Assembly (NCBI GenBank): GCA_965204535.1 | Contig: OZ241996.1 | Span: 224,001 to 288,000, forward strand | Direction of reading: 5' to 3' | Length of the DNA: 64,000 bases | Source: a bacterium | GTDB lineage: Bacteria; UBA8248 | Notes under the pieces: model-generated | The model's database searches: none | Seen by the model: only the letters and a program-made list of their open reading frames with translations | What the model was told of the DNA's origin: nothing | Position numbers and translations under genes: made by a program | In this document: positions 38,832 to 47,691 of the stretch, piece by piece | Position numbering within the stretch: the stretch's first letter is position 1 | How the letters are laid out: every line of letters starts with the position of its first letter

Positions 38832-40214
38832 ATGAATCGCTCGAAACAACTTGCCGGGTTCATGTCGGGGCTGCGCCTTGGGGATCTGCCGAAGGATGTT
38901 CCCGATTTCCTGAAGCTCTGCCTTCTGGATCATTTTGGCTGCGCGTTGGGGGCGCTGGGAACCGAGGAGGCGGGTGTTCCACTGTGCGCCGCAGAAGCAG
39001 CTTCGAGGAGCGGACCTTGCACCATTATCGGACGGGGATTCGGGGCCGACCCGGCCACAGCCGCTCTCACCAACGGCGTCCTCTCCCACGTCCTTATCTT
39101 TGATGACTTGCATCGCAAATCAAAGCTTCATCCCGGCGTGGCCGTGATTCCGGCGGCCCTGGCAGCCTGCGAGCTTAAGGGATCAGACGGCAAGACGTTT
39201 CTTGAGGCGATATCAGCGGGGTATGAAACGGCGGCACGCTTGGGGATGGCGGTCAACATGGCTGAGCATCGCCTGAAGGGATGGCGCGCCACGGGAACTT
39301 GCGGCTCCTTCGGGGCGGCTGCGGCCGCATCGCGCGCCATGGGCCACTCGCCCGAAACCCTGCACCACGCCATCTCAGCGGCGGCGGGGCAGGCTTCGGG
39401 CAATTTCGCTTTCACGCAAGGGTCAGGCATGGAGTTGTACCTCGCAGCGGGAACGGCCGCGAGAAACGGGGTCGTTTCCGCACTATTGGCCGAGGGAGGC
39501 TTTCGGGGCTCAGCCAATCCCCTGGAAGCGCCTGATGGCGGTTTTTTCTCCATGACCACGAAGAACCCCAAGCCGGAGATTCTCACAGATGGTCTGGGCG
39601 AGAAGTACTGGCTCATGGACACCTCCATCAAACTCTATCCGACATGCCACAGCAGCCAGACGGGCATCGACGCCGCGCTGCTGGCCCGCGAAAAGCACGG
39701 CGTAAGGCTCGAAGACGTAGAGCGCATCTCGATTCGGGCCGGTGAGATAACGCAGATTCAGTGCGGCTGGGATTACGAGCCGGGCCCTCCCGCCAAGATG
39801 ATCTTTCACATGGGATACGCCATGGCGGTTGCGTTGAGGCGCGGCAGGGTTTCGCCCTCTGACCTCGAGGGTGAATCCCTTTACGACCCCGAACTCGTTC
39901 GGTTCGCCAAAGCCACCCGGGTGGAGGCCGATCCCGAGCTCACGGCCATCTACCATGAGAAAAAACCGTGCGACGTGACGTTCCACCTGAAAAATGGCGA
40001 GCGCATCCACGAGCGCGTCGACTACTGCCGGGGCGACCCGGAGAACAGGCCCACAGAGGAGGCGGTCTTCGGGAAATTCCGCGACCTCACGGCGTCCGTG
40101 CTCGGACCGGAGAGGCAGGATGCGGTCATCGATTTCGTGATGAGTATCGAGGAGCAGCCCAACCTCTCCCGGTTCAGGGAACTCGTGGCTTCCCGGGAAA
40201 CCCATAAGGTATAA
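38832..40214 (+). CDS. MmgE/PrpD family protein
   Basis: AALTNG..SH...FDD.H...LHPG, GYE, GW.ATG, KLYPTCH, GDPEN. Confidence 0.9.
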   Translation: MNRSKQLAGFMSGLRLGDLPKDVPDFLKLCLLDHFGCALGALGTEEAGVPLCAAEAASRSGPCTIIGRGFGADPATAALTNGVLSHVLIFDDLHRKSKLHPGVAVIPAALAACELKGSDGKTFLEAISAGYETAARLGMAVNMAEHRLKGWRATGTCGSFGAAAAASRAMGHSPETLHHAISAAAGQASGNFAFTQGSGMELYLAAGTAARNGVVSALLAEGGFRGSANPLEAPDGGFFSMTTKNPKPEILTDGLGEKYWLMDTSIKLYPTCHSSQTGIDAALLAREKHGVRLEDVERISIRAGEITQIQCGWDYEPGPPAKMIFHMGYAMAVALRRGRVSPSDLEGESLYDPELVRFAKATRVEADPELTAIYHEKKPCDVTFHLKNGERIHERVDYCRGDPENRPTEEAVFGKFRDLTASVLGPERQDAVIDFVMSIEEQPNLSRFRELVASRETHKV

Positions 40215-40270
40215 ATCGAACAAACAACGCATCGGAAAACCCAAGAGGTTCATTTTTCGCCGTATAGGAG

Positions 40271-41182
40271 ATGCAAATGGCCATTCGCCGCAACACCACC
40301 AGGTTCCGCGCCCTGCTGAAAAGGGGCAATTTCATCTTCATGCCCGTCGCCTATGACCCCATCGGTGGTAGGCTCGTTGAGAGCCTCGGCTTCAAGGCGA
40401 CCTATACGGGCGGTTTCGTGACGGGTGGTTCGCGCTGCATCACCGAGCCGATGGTGACGATGCGCGAGCAGGTGGACGTGGCCGGAGACGTCGCGAACGC
40501 GGTGAAAATACCCACGCTCGCCGACGGAGGCGCGGGGTTCGGCGAGCCGATGCACACCATGCGCGCCGTGCGGGAGTTCATTCGCGCAGGCATCGCGGGA
40601 ATCCACATCGAGGATCAGCTCTACCCCAAGCGCGCGCACTACCATAAATACGTCGCGCACGCGATTCCGGCGAAGGAATTCGTCGACAAGATCAGGATGG
40701 CGTGCCGCCAGCGAGACGAGACGGACAAGGATTTCGTCATCATCGCGCGCTCTGATACGGCGCGCTTCCGGGGCATCGGCGAGGCGGTCAGGCGCGTGAA
40801 CATGGCGGCGGACGTGGGCGCGGATATGGGCCTCGTATTTCCCCGGAACCACAAGGAAGCCATCGCCGCTCCCCAAAAGTCCAAGATTCCTCTGGTGTAC
40901 GTCCAGAGCCGGGGCAACAGGGACGGGAGGCCGCTCTACTCGGAGAGCCAGATGGCGGAACTGGGCTACGTCGCCTGTATCGACGCCATTTTGTATCTCA
41001 CCGTCAGTTTCCATTTCATGAAAAAAGCTTTGCAGGAAGTGCGCAAGACGGGCGATTACACGGGCATGACGCATGAGGATTTCACGGCCGCCCGCCAGGA
41101 GATTGAGAACCTGATCGGCCTCGAGGGTTTCTACGGGATTGAAGAAGAGACCGTGGAGAAGAAAAAATGGGGCAAACGCTAA
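40271..41182 (+). CDS. Isocitrate lyase/PEP mutase superfamily protein (PrpB-like, atypical)
   Basis: AYD, GF.A.Y.GG, AD..AGFG, GIHIEDQ..PKR, IIARSD; has PKRAHY rather than PKRCGH. Confidence 0.85.
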   Translation: MQMAIRRNTTRFRALLKRGNFIFMPVAYDPIGGRLVESLGFKATYTGGFVTGGSRCITEPMVTMREQVDVAGDVANAVKIPTLADGGAGFGEPMHTMRAVREFIRAGIAGIHIEDQLYPKRAHYHKYVAHAIPAKEFVDKIRMACRQRDETDKDFVIIARSDTARFRGIGEAVRRVNMAADVGADMGLVFPRNHKEAIAAPQKSKIPLVYVQSRGNRDGRPLYSESQMAELGYVACIDAILYLTVSFHFMKKALQEVRKTGDYTGMTHEDFTAARQEIENLIGLEGFYGIEEETVEKKKWGKR

Positions 41183-41442
41183 GCGATTTTTCAGCAGAAA
41201 GGAGAGCATAGAAACATAAGCAGAGCGCGGAGAGAATACGCACGACCCACGCGTGTAGCCATTTGCGCCCCTGGGAATGGGTCGATTTGTTGCAGGTCAT
41301 AGAGCAAGGTGTGGTGTGTTCCGGCAATTTCAAAGACCGTCGCGGAAAACCTTGTGGGGGCAAGCCGCCGGGAACCAGACTTTGAAGAAAAATACGCGCT
41401 GGAATGCGCAGGAGATTTAATGAAACCGCTTCCGCTTCGATT

Positions 41443-41565
41443 GCTTTCGTCGAAGAAGTTGTCGGTGATGCCCGAACCCGGGAGCGCGATTCCGCCTTTG
41501 GGCAACAGGGCGAAGCGTTCGTCGTTGCACTTGAACGCCTCCGCTCGTCCGTTCGCGTTCCCAAC
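41443..41565 (-). pseudogene. Short decayed fragment resembling the DUF2493 (YspA/SLOG-like) C-terminus
   Basis: Minus strand reads NANGRAEAFKCNDERFALLPKGGIALPGSGITDNFFDE, resembling the DUF2493 motif ..HGRAAPF.RND..L.LLP.GVIAFPGSGITDNL.DKA as I recall it. Confidence 0.5.
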
Positions 41566-41642
41566 CGACCGCGATGTCGGTCGGGATTATGGGCGCCGGC
41601 AGCTGGGTCGATGAGGAACAGCAATCCAACCGGCCCGGCAGA

Positions 41643-41841
41643 GACGCCGTGCGCGGCCTCATGGCGTGTCCGCTCCGGGCCGAACTCCCCTGGGCGGCCG
41701 CGAACAAATGCGGGCACTTGCGGGCAAATGCGGGGGAAGCGAAAAACTTTTTTTGCCGCTATATCTGAGTGTGATACGCTCAGATTTATATGATAACCAT
41801 TTTTATTACAACCCTTTATCTGACCATCATTTTTCAGGAAT
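41643..41841 (+). repeat. att-like direct repeat, copy 2 (displaced gpsA 3' fragment plus flank)
   Basis: Degenerate copy of 5080-5257; the gpsA stop TAG has become TGG. Confidence 0.85.
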
Positions 41842-42458
41842 TTATCGAAAAACCCCGTGAATTTATCGATATTTACGGGAAATAGGATTATTTTCATTTT
41901 TCTGATCCATCCCCGTTTCATGAGCGCACCTACTCGGCGAGAAAAAGTCCCTCTGAGGAAGGGGGTTGGGGGGGTCGCCGCCTTCACTCTTCCTCCAAAG
42001 CCAGATTCCATGAGATAGCCTCCTCTCCCTGACGGCGGTCGATCCTGACCTCCCTCGGCGCGGGCACGATAGCGCAGTCCGCGGTTTCACGGAGCACGGC
42101 AAATGCGGGGAAATGCGGGGGCGAGGCTGTATGGCGACGTAAAACACTCCCGCGACGTATAGGCGTCCTCGACTCTCTGGGGGAGAGTAATTTTTGATCG
42201 ACGAATGGGCAGCAAAGATTTTGCTCTTGTAGGGGCGGCTCGCGAGCCGCCCGTATCGGGGGTGTCCATCCCCGTGGTTGCGTTTCTTCGTGATGCCGTG
42301 CGAGATGGCAATTGCCCCTGCCTCCAGCCTAAGCTCGCTCGCCAGGCAAGAGCCACTGAAACCGGAGTCGCGTCGTTTATATCGATTATAGCATTTATAT
42401 CGAATATGCTTTATATTGACGATGTGTCGAGAATCCGAGGCTGAAGGGGAGATTGAAT

Positions 42459-42923
42459 ATGGCAGGCACGATAATGCAATTCCCATCGGCGTTTCCCAGC
42501 TCCCGGGAGGCGAGTATTGCGAAAGCGTCCGCTCGGGCGCTTGCAGACAAACTCGCGGACTGTCCTGATAAGGTAGCCATTCGGCTCGCCGAGGATGAAC
42601 GCGATGTTATCGAATTGCCCTTTGCGGCGGTTCGCCTGCTTATCGATCTGCTGGACGAGATGTCCAAGGGCAACGCCGTATCGCTGATACCCATGAACGC
42701 GGAACTGACGACCCAGCAAGCTGCAGATTTGCTCAACGTATCGCGGGGATTCATCGTCAAACTGCTCGATAACCGGGAGATACCCTGTCGAATGGTCGGG
42801 ACGCACAGGCGCGTTATGTTCAACGACTTGAAGGCCTACGAGGAGCGAACCAAACGGGCGCGCCTGAAAGCTCTGGACCGGCTTACGGAAGAGAGCCAGA
42901 AGCTCGGAATCGGTTACGAGTAA
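42459..42923 (+). CDS. Excisionase-like HTH_17 DNA-binding protein (usually the antitoxin partner of a PIN toxin)
   Basis: LIDLLDEMSKGNAV, ELTTQQAADLLNVSR..IVKLLD..EIP...VGTHRR, ALD.L.E.SQ.LG.GY. Confidence 0.85.
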   Translation: MAGTIMQFPSAFPSSREASIAKASARALADKLADCPDKVAIRLAEDERDVIELPFAAVRLLIDLLDEMSKGNAVSLIPMNAELTTQQAADLLNVSRGFIVKLLDNREIPCRMVGTHRRVMFNDLKAYEERTKRARLKALDRLTEESQKLGIGYE

Positions 42924-43093
42924 GTTTGTGAGTGCTTCGCCTGATGAAGGAACGGAGGAGTAAACAATGGCCAAAGAACCGATACCACCGCCCTCGAAAC
43001 GTCTGGTCCGGGTTGGGGATGGCGTATCGTCCAGGCCCAGGAATTTCGCCAAACCCAAACCGCCTCCGGCTCCCCCACCCAAGAAGCGGGCGC

Positions 43094-43276
43094 ATGACTG
43101 ACCCGATAATCGCCGAGGTCCGGGCCGCGCGGGATGCGCACGCGGCGCGCTTCGGTTACGACGCGGCGGAGATTTTCCGGGACATTCGGGCCATGCAGGA
43201 CGCATCCGGTTCCGAATACGTCCGCCGTCCCGCGCGCTTCGTCGCCGCCATACCCGACGATTCCCCATCGCCGTGA
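43094..43276 (+). CDS. Small conserved protein (DPI..EVR..RD.HAARF.YD type)
   Basis: MTDPIIAEVRAARDAHAARFGYDAAEIFRDIR; a pattern I recall from small genes next to PIN toxins. Confidence 0.6.
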   Translation: MTDPIIAEVRAARDAHAARFGYDAAEIFRDIRAMQDASGSEYVRRPARFVAAIPDDSPSP

Positions 43277-43406
43277 TGCCCGGCGCAGGCGGATACCCAG
43301 GTCCGCCCCTACGCACCCCTGCAACCCTTTTGCTCCCTACCCGGGATTGTTGAAAAAGCCCCCCTCCTCAGGGGATAAAGGCAACCCCCCCCTACCCCCC
43401 CTTGTC

Positions 43407-44916
43407 GGGGCTGTTGAAAAACCCTGTTTTGAAGCAGGGGGTATGGCGGCTCACGCGGCTTGGGATAGGAAGCCCAATCGGCGCGTGAGGCCGCGATATG
43501 CGCGCAGACGGCGTCTCCGGGCGGCCCAGGCCCTCCACAGAGCGAATATATCCGCCGCAAAAGCGGCGGCCAGCCGCTTGAGGTTCACCGCAGTCGCCGT
43601 CAGGTAGGCCTGGATCCTCATGTTCGCAAGGCCCCGGCGCACCGCCCGCCCCAGTCCGTGCCGACTCTTCGCTTCGCCGTGGTAGCCCTCCGAACGCGAC
43701 ATGTGGCGGCGCCACAGCCGGCCCTCCTCCTCCCCCCGGCGCGCGTGCCGCCGGCGCGCGCGCAACAGCGCCGGATATTCATGCGGAATCAGCACCGTCC
43801 TGCTCGTGTGCGACTTGGGCAGACAATCCGACCTCAGCGCGCAGCCCGCGCAATCGCGCGTCCTCGAACCATAGTAGCGCCCCCGCTCCGTCTCCTTCCG
43901 GGGACGCAGCGTCTTGCCGCCCGGACACTTCACCACCTTGTGCCGCTCGTCGTAGCGGAACAACTGCAGCGGAACACGGCTCTGGGAAGGCTCCTTCTTC
44001 GCCGGTATCAGCGCATCAACACCCCGCCGCTCCAATCCCGCATACACCTTCGAGTACGCATAACCACTATCCGCCGTCACCACCGCGGGCGCGCGACCCG
44101 TGAGCTCGCAAACCGCATCCAACTGCGGCTCCATCATCTCCCGCTCGTTCAACGTCCCCGCCGTCACCTCTACGTCGAGGACAACGCCCCGCTCATCGTC
44201 CACCACCGCGTGGTGCTTGTAGCTCGGCTCGAACCCCGCCCGAGCGCTCTTGCGCGCCAGGCGCGCGTCGGGGTCCGTACGGCTCACCGGACCCGAACCC
44301 CCGCCCTTCTTCCCCGCCTCATCCGCCGAGTCGTTCTCCCGCACCACCTTCTCCGCGTGGCGCGCCGCCAGACTCTCCCAACTCACGTCCGCACGTATCA
44401 AAGACGCGTCCATGTGAACCACTTCCCCCTTCGCCACCTGCGCCTCCAGGCACGCCTGAACCGTGCGGCGCAATATCTCCTTGAACCGCGCCTCCCCCCA
44501 CCGCTGGCGAATCCGCGTCAGGCTCGAATGATCCGGCAACTCCTCGTGCAGCTCGTAACCGATGAACCACCGGATCGCCAGGTTCACCTGCGCCTCGCGA
44601 AGCAGATGCCGGTCGTGAACGTGGCCCAGCAGCAGGCCCGCCAGCATCAACCGCACCACCACTTCCGGGTCGATCCCCGGTCGACCGTTGTCCGCGCAAT
44701 AGCACTCCGCCACCTCCTCGCGAAGCCAGCTCAAATCCAGTACGCGGTTCACCCGGAACAATATGTAATCTTCGGGAATCAACTGCTCCAGCGAACCGGC
44801 CACGAACAATTCCATCTGCCCGCGCCTCTTGCGGTCCAACATCGGGGAATCTCCCATCTCGGGCGAGGGGGGATAACTCCATACGATCACAAAACCAGGG
44901 GTTTTTCAACAGGCCC
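43407..44916 (-). mobile_element. IS1182 family insertion sequence
   Basis: 18-bp IR GGGGCTGTTGAAAAACCC / GGGTTTTTCAACAGGCCC (1 mismatch); flanking duplication TTGTC (43402-43406, 44917-44921). Confidence 0.92.
43451..44842 (-). CDS. IS1182 family transposase
   Basis: LIPED..L, NGRPGIDP, LPDHSSLTRIRQR, MDAS, TDPDA, ADSGY, C..C.LRS.C, EG.HGEAK.RHGL, NLKRL. Confidence 0.92.
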   Translation of the reverse strand: MLDRKRRGQMELFVAGSLEQLIPEDYILFRVNRVLDLSWLREEVAECYCADNGRPGIDPEVVVRLMLAGLLLGHVHDRHLLREAQVNLAIRWFIGYELHEELPDHSSLTRIRQRWGEARFKEILRRTVQACLEAQVAKGEVVHMDASLIRADVSWESLAARHAEKVVRENDSADEAGKKGGGSGPVSRTDPDARLARKSARAGFEPSYKHHAVVDDERGVVLDVEVTAGTLNEREMMEPQLDAVCELTGRAPAVVTADSGYAYSKVYAGLERRGVDALIPAKKEPSQSRVPLQLFRYDERHKVVKCPGGKTLRPRKETERGRYYGSRTRDCAGCALRSDCLPKSHTSRTVLIPHEYPALLRARRRHARRGEEEGRLWRRHMSRSEGYHGEAKSRHGLGRAVRRGLANMRIQAYLTATAVNLKRLAAAFAADIFALWRAWAARRRRLRAYRGLTRRLGFLSQAA

Positions 44917-45097
44917 TTGTCAGGGGGGTAAGAAGAAGCAAAACCCCCTCAGCCCGGCGGGAGCGCATCGCCTTTTCATACCCCCCTGACAAGGGGGGGT
45001 AGGGGGGGTTGGTTTTCAAGGCGAGAGCCTGCCCCTCCCCCTAGGCCGGGTAACGGCACGGCGCGAGCGCGTCCGCCCCCGCGCCGCGCGAGATGCG

Positions 45098-46432
45098 CTA
45101 GTCGGGTGAACGCGGGTCCGCCGGTGGCCAGCGCCTGTGCAAGTCATCGATCATGTAAGGATGAACGTGTTCGCGCCCGCCGCGCAGGTGCGGATGATGG
45201 GGAGGGAGGTCGTCGTGACGATGCGCTATCGCGACCGGATCGGAGCCCGGCCACAGCAGAAGCGCGAGCGCCGCGCCGAAGAAAGCCAGCGCGCTCAACC
45301 CGGCGAGCGCGGCGAACGCGCCATAGGCGGTCATCAACCAGCCCGACAGCGGATAGGTCGCCAGCCAGCAGGCGTGGCTGAGCGCGAACTGCGCCGCGAA
45401 GAGCGCGGGCCGGTCCTCGGGGTTCGAGGAGCGCCGCAGCAGGCGTCCCGACGGTGTGAGTACGCCGGAATAGCCGATCCCCACCGCGACCCATGCGCCG
45501 AGCAGGAGAGGCCAGGAGAGCCCGGCGCCCGGGATGAACGCGGCGAGCGCGCACAGGCCCGCGATCATCAGCGCGGCGCTCGTCAGCATCACCGCCCGCT
45601 CCGGCGCCCGGTCGAGCAGGCGCGGCAGGGCGAGCGCGGCCAGCATCGAGCCGCCCCCGAATGCGGCCATCGCCCACGCCACGGCGCTCTCGCCGAGCCC
45701 CAGCCCGCCCCGCACGAGCACGACGGTGTTGACCAGCACCATCGCGCCCGCGGCCGCCGCCGCGAGATTGAGCGCCAGCAGCCCGCGGAGCCGGGGCGTG
45801 GCGAGATAGATGCGGACACCGCGGGTCGTGCGCTCGTAGACGCTTCGCGGGGCCTTGGGTGCTGTGCTCGGCAGAAATACCGAGACCACGAGCAAAGCCG
45901 AGGCGAGAAAGCCGGCCGCCGTGCCGAGGAACAGGGCGTCGTAGGACATCAACGCCAGCAGCAGCGCCGCGAGGGTCGGGCTGAAGATGTTCTCGAGGTC
46001 ATAGGCGAGGCGTGAGAGCGACAGCGCGCGGGTGTAGCGGGATTCTTCGGGCAGCACGTCCGGTATCGTCGCCTGGAAGGTCGGGGTGAAGGCCGCCGAG
46101 GCCGATTGCAGCACGAAGATCAGGAGGTAGAGCTGCCAGATCTGCGTCACGAAGGGCAGCGCCAGGGCCGCGGCGGTGCGCACGATGTCGAGCGCCACGA
46201 GCAGCGCCCGGCGCGGGATACGGTCGGCGAAGGCGCCGGCGATGGGCGCGACCCCGACGTAGGCCGCCATCTTGATGGTGAAGACGGCGCCGAGCACCAT
46301 CGCCGCGTCCTCTTCCGCGAGGTCGTAGGCGAGAAGTCCCAGCGCAATCGTAGCGAGCCCCGTGCCCGCAAGGGCCGTGACCTGCGCGGCGAAGAGATGG
46401 CGGTAGGTGCGATCGGCGAGGATTTCCAGCAC
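45098..46432 (-). CDS. MFS transporter, NreB-like metal (nickel) efflux, with a His-rich C-terminus
   Basis: YRHLFAAQV.AL.GTGLAT.ALGLLAYDLA, AFTPTFQATIPD.LP, ALFAAQFALSHACWL, HRHDDLPPHHPHL...HVH.Y.IDDLH.RWP. Confidence 0.85.
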   Translation of the reverse strand: MLEILADRTYRHLFAAQVTALAGTGLATIALGLLAYDLAEEDAAMVLGAVFTIKMAAYVGVAPIAGAFADRIPRRALLVALDIVRTAAALALPFVTQIWQLYLLIFVLQSASAAFTPTFQATIPDVLPEESRYTRALSLSRLAYDLENIFSPTLAALLLALMSYDALFLGTAAGFLASALLVVSVFLPSTAPKAPRSVYERTTRGVRIYLATPRLRGLLALNLAAAAAGAMVLVNTVVLVRGGLGLGESAVAWAMAAFGGGSMLAALALPRLLDRAPERAVMLTSAALMIAGLCALAAFIPGAGLSWPLLLGAWVAVGIGYSGVLTPSGRLLRRSSNPEDRPALFAAQFALSHACWLATYPLSGWLMTAYGAFAALAGLSALAFFGAALALLLWPGSDPVAIAHRHDDLPPHHPHLRGGREHVHPYMIDDLHRRWPPADPRSPD

Positions 46433-46561
46433 GGGCGGCCTCAGCGGAAACGGCGGCGAGAAACGCGAACAGGCGCATTCTATCCGCAAAGGAGAGGGTC
46501 GTGCACGTGGGCGGCGCCACCGGAGCCCGGAGGGGGTTCTTCAGCGCAAATGTCCCCTCAA

Positions 46562-46854
46562 GGGGCTGTTGATAAAGCCCTTTTTGTTCAGGGGATAAAG
46601 GCAACCCCCCCTACCCCCCCTTGTCAGGGGGGTATGAAAAGGCGACGCCCGCCGCCGGTAGAGGGGCTTTTGTTTTTTCTTGCCCCCCTGACAAGGGGGG
46701 GTAGGGGGGGTTGGTTTTCAAGGCGAGAGCCTGCACCGCCTGGAAACGCCGTCTGCGCCAACATCGCAGCCTTTCGCGTCGATTGGGCTTACTCTCCGCC
46801 GCTGCGTGAGCCAGTAATACGCCCGCTCCCGAAACGGGGTTTTTCAACCCCCCC
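46562..46854. mobile_element. MITE unit B: IS1182-type ends, hairpin core and a transposase 3'-end remnant
   Basis: GGGGCTGTTGATAAAG ... GTTTTTCAACCCCCCC; 46741-46854 aligns with the reverse complement of ~43407-43520. Confidence 0.8.
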
Positions 46855-47691
46855 TCACACCTCGATCTCCAGCAAATCACGCCCTAAAATCACTTCGCCG
46901 TCGAAATCCCGCCGGACGTCTTCTTCGATCGCGCGCATGAGGTGCTCGGGTTTTTGGCGGAAATGGGTGAGGACGAGTTTCTTGACGCCTGCATTTGCGG
47001 CGATCTTTCCCGCCTGTTTTGAGGAGGGAAAAAGATACCGGGTCAGGCGTTCGGTATGCGCGTCCACGACCTCCGCCGCGGCCAGATAGCAGCACAGCAC
47101 GAGCGCGTCCGCTCCCCGCGCCAGACGATCCAGTCCCGCGCAGGGGACTGTATCGCCGCTGATGGCGAGGGTCTTTCCCTCCGCCTCCAGCCGATAGCCC
47201 AGCGTCGTCCAGTCGAAATCGGGTATCCCCAGACCCTGGCCGTGCTCGACGAACTCCGCATAGACCTTCCAGCCGTCGCCGTCATGCACCAGGCCCGCGC
47301 CGGTTTCACTCACTTCCACCGGCTTCCATCCCCCGACCGCGGGCTCTCCCTCCGCCCGGAAGCGGATGTCCTTCGCGTAGACCCGATCGATGAGGGCGGT
47401 TACGATCTCCGCCGTTCCCGCCGGCCCATATACGCGCAAGGCGCCTGGACGGCCCTGCAGCCAGGTGCTCAGGATCACGTCGCCCAGATCGCTGATGTGG
47501 TCGTAGTGGTGGTGCGTGATGAAGACGGGATTCACCTGCGCGAGGGGCACGCCGGCGCGGACGAGTTGGGTGACCACGCCTCTGCCGCAGTCGAAGAGCA
47601 GCCGCTCCTCGCCCACGTTGACCACGAGAGAGGAACCCTGGCGCGCAGGGTCCGGCCGGGGGCCGCCCGTGCCGAGCAGGGTGATCTTCAT
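46855..47691 (-). CDS. RNase Z/AtsA-like metallo-beta-lactamase fold hydrolase
   Basis: MKITLLGTGGP, LFDCG, THHHYDH, SGDT, LVLTH; start overlaps the tctA stop. Confidence 0.88.
   Translation of the reverse strand: MKITLLGTGGPRPDPARQGSSLVVNVGEERLLFDCGRGVVTQLVRAGVPLAQVNPVFITHHHYDHISDLGDVILSTWLQGRPGALRVYGPAGTAEIVTALIDRVYAKDIRFRAEGEPAVGGWKPVEVSETGAGLVHDGDGWKVYAEFVEHGQGLGIPDFDWTTLGYRLEAEGKTLAISGDTVPCAGLDRLARGADALVLCCYLAAAEVVDAHTERLTRYLFPSSKQAGKIAANAGVKKLVLTHFRQKPEHLMRAIEEDVRRDFDGEVILGRDLLEIEV

Larger units (their letters stand above)
43343..45032. repeat. Hairpin MITE unit A, split by the IS1182 insertion
   Basis: GGGATTGTTGAAAAAG...GGCAACCCCCCCCTACCCCCCCTTGTC [IS] TTGTCAGGGGGG...CCCCCTGACAAGGGGGGGTAGGGGGGGTTGG...GAGAGCCTGC. 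Confidence 0.8.

Noticed and set aside
40271-41182. PEP mutase indicating phosphonate biosynthesis
   Set aside because: Lacks the EDK-x5-NS signature (has EDQLYPKRAH).
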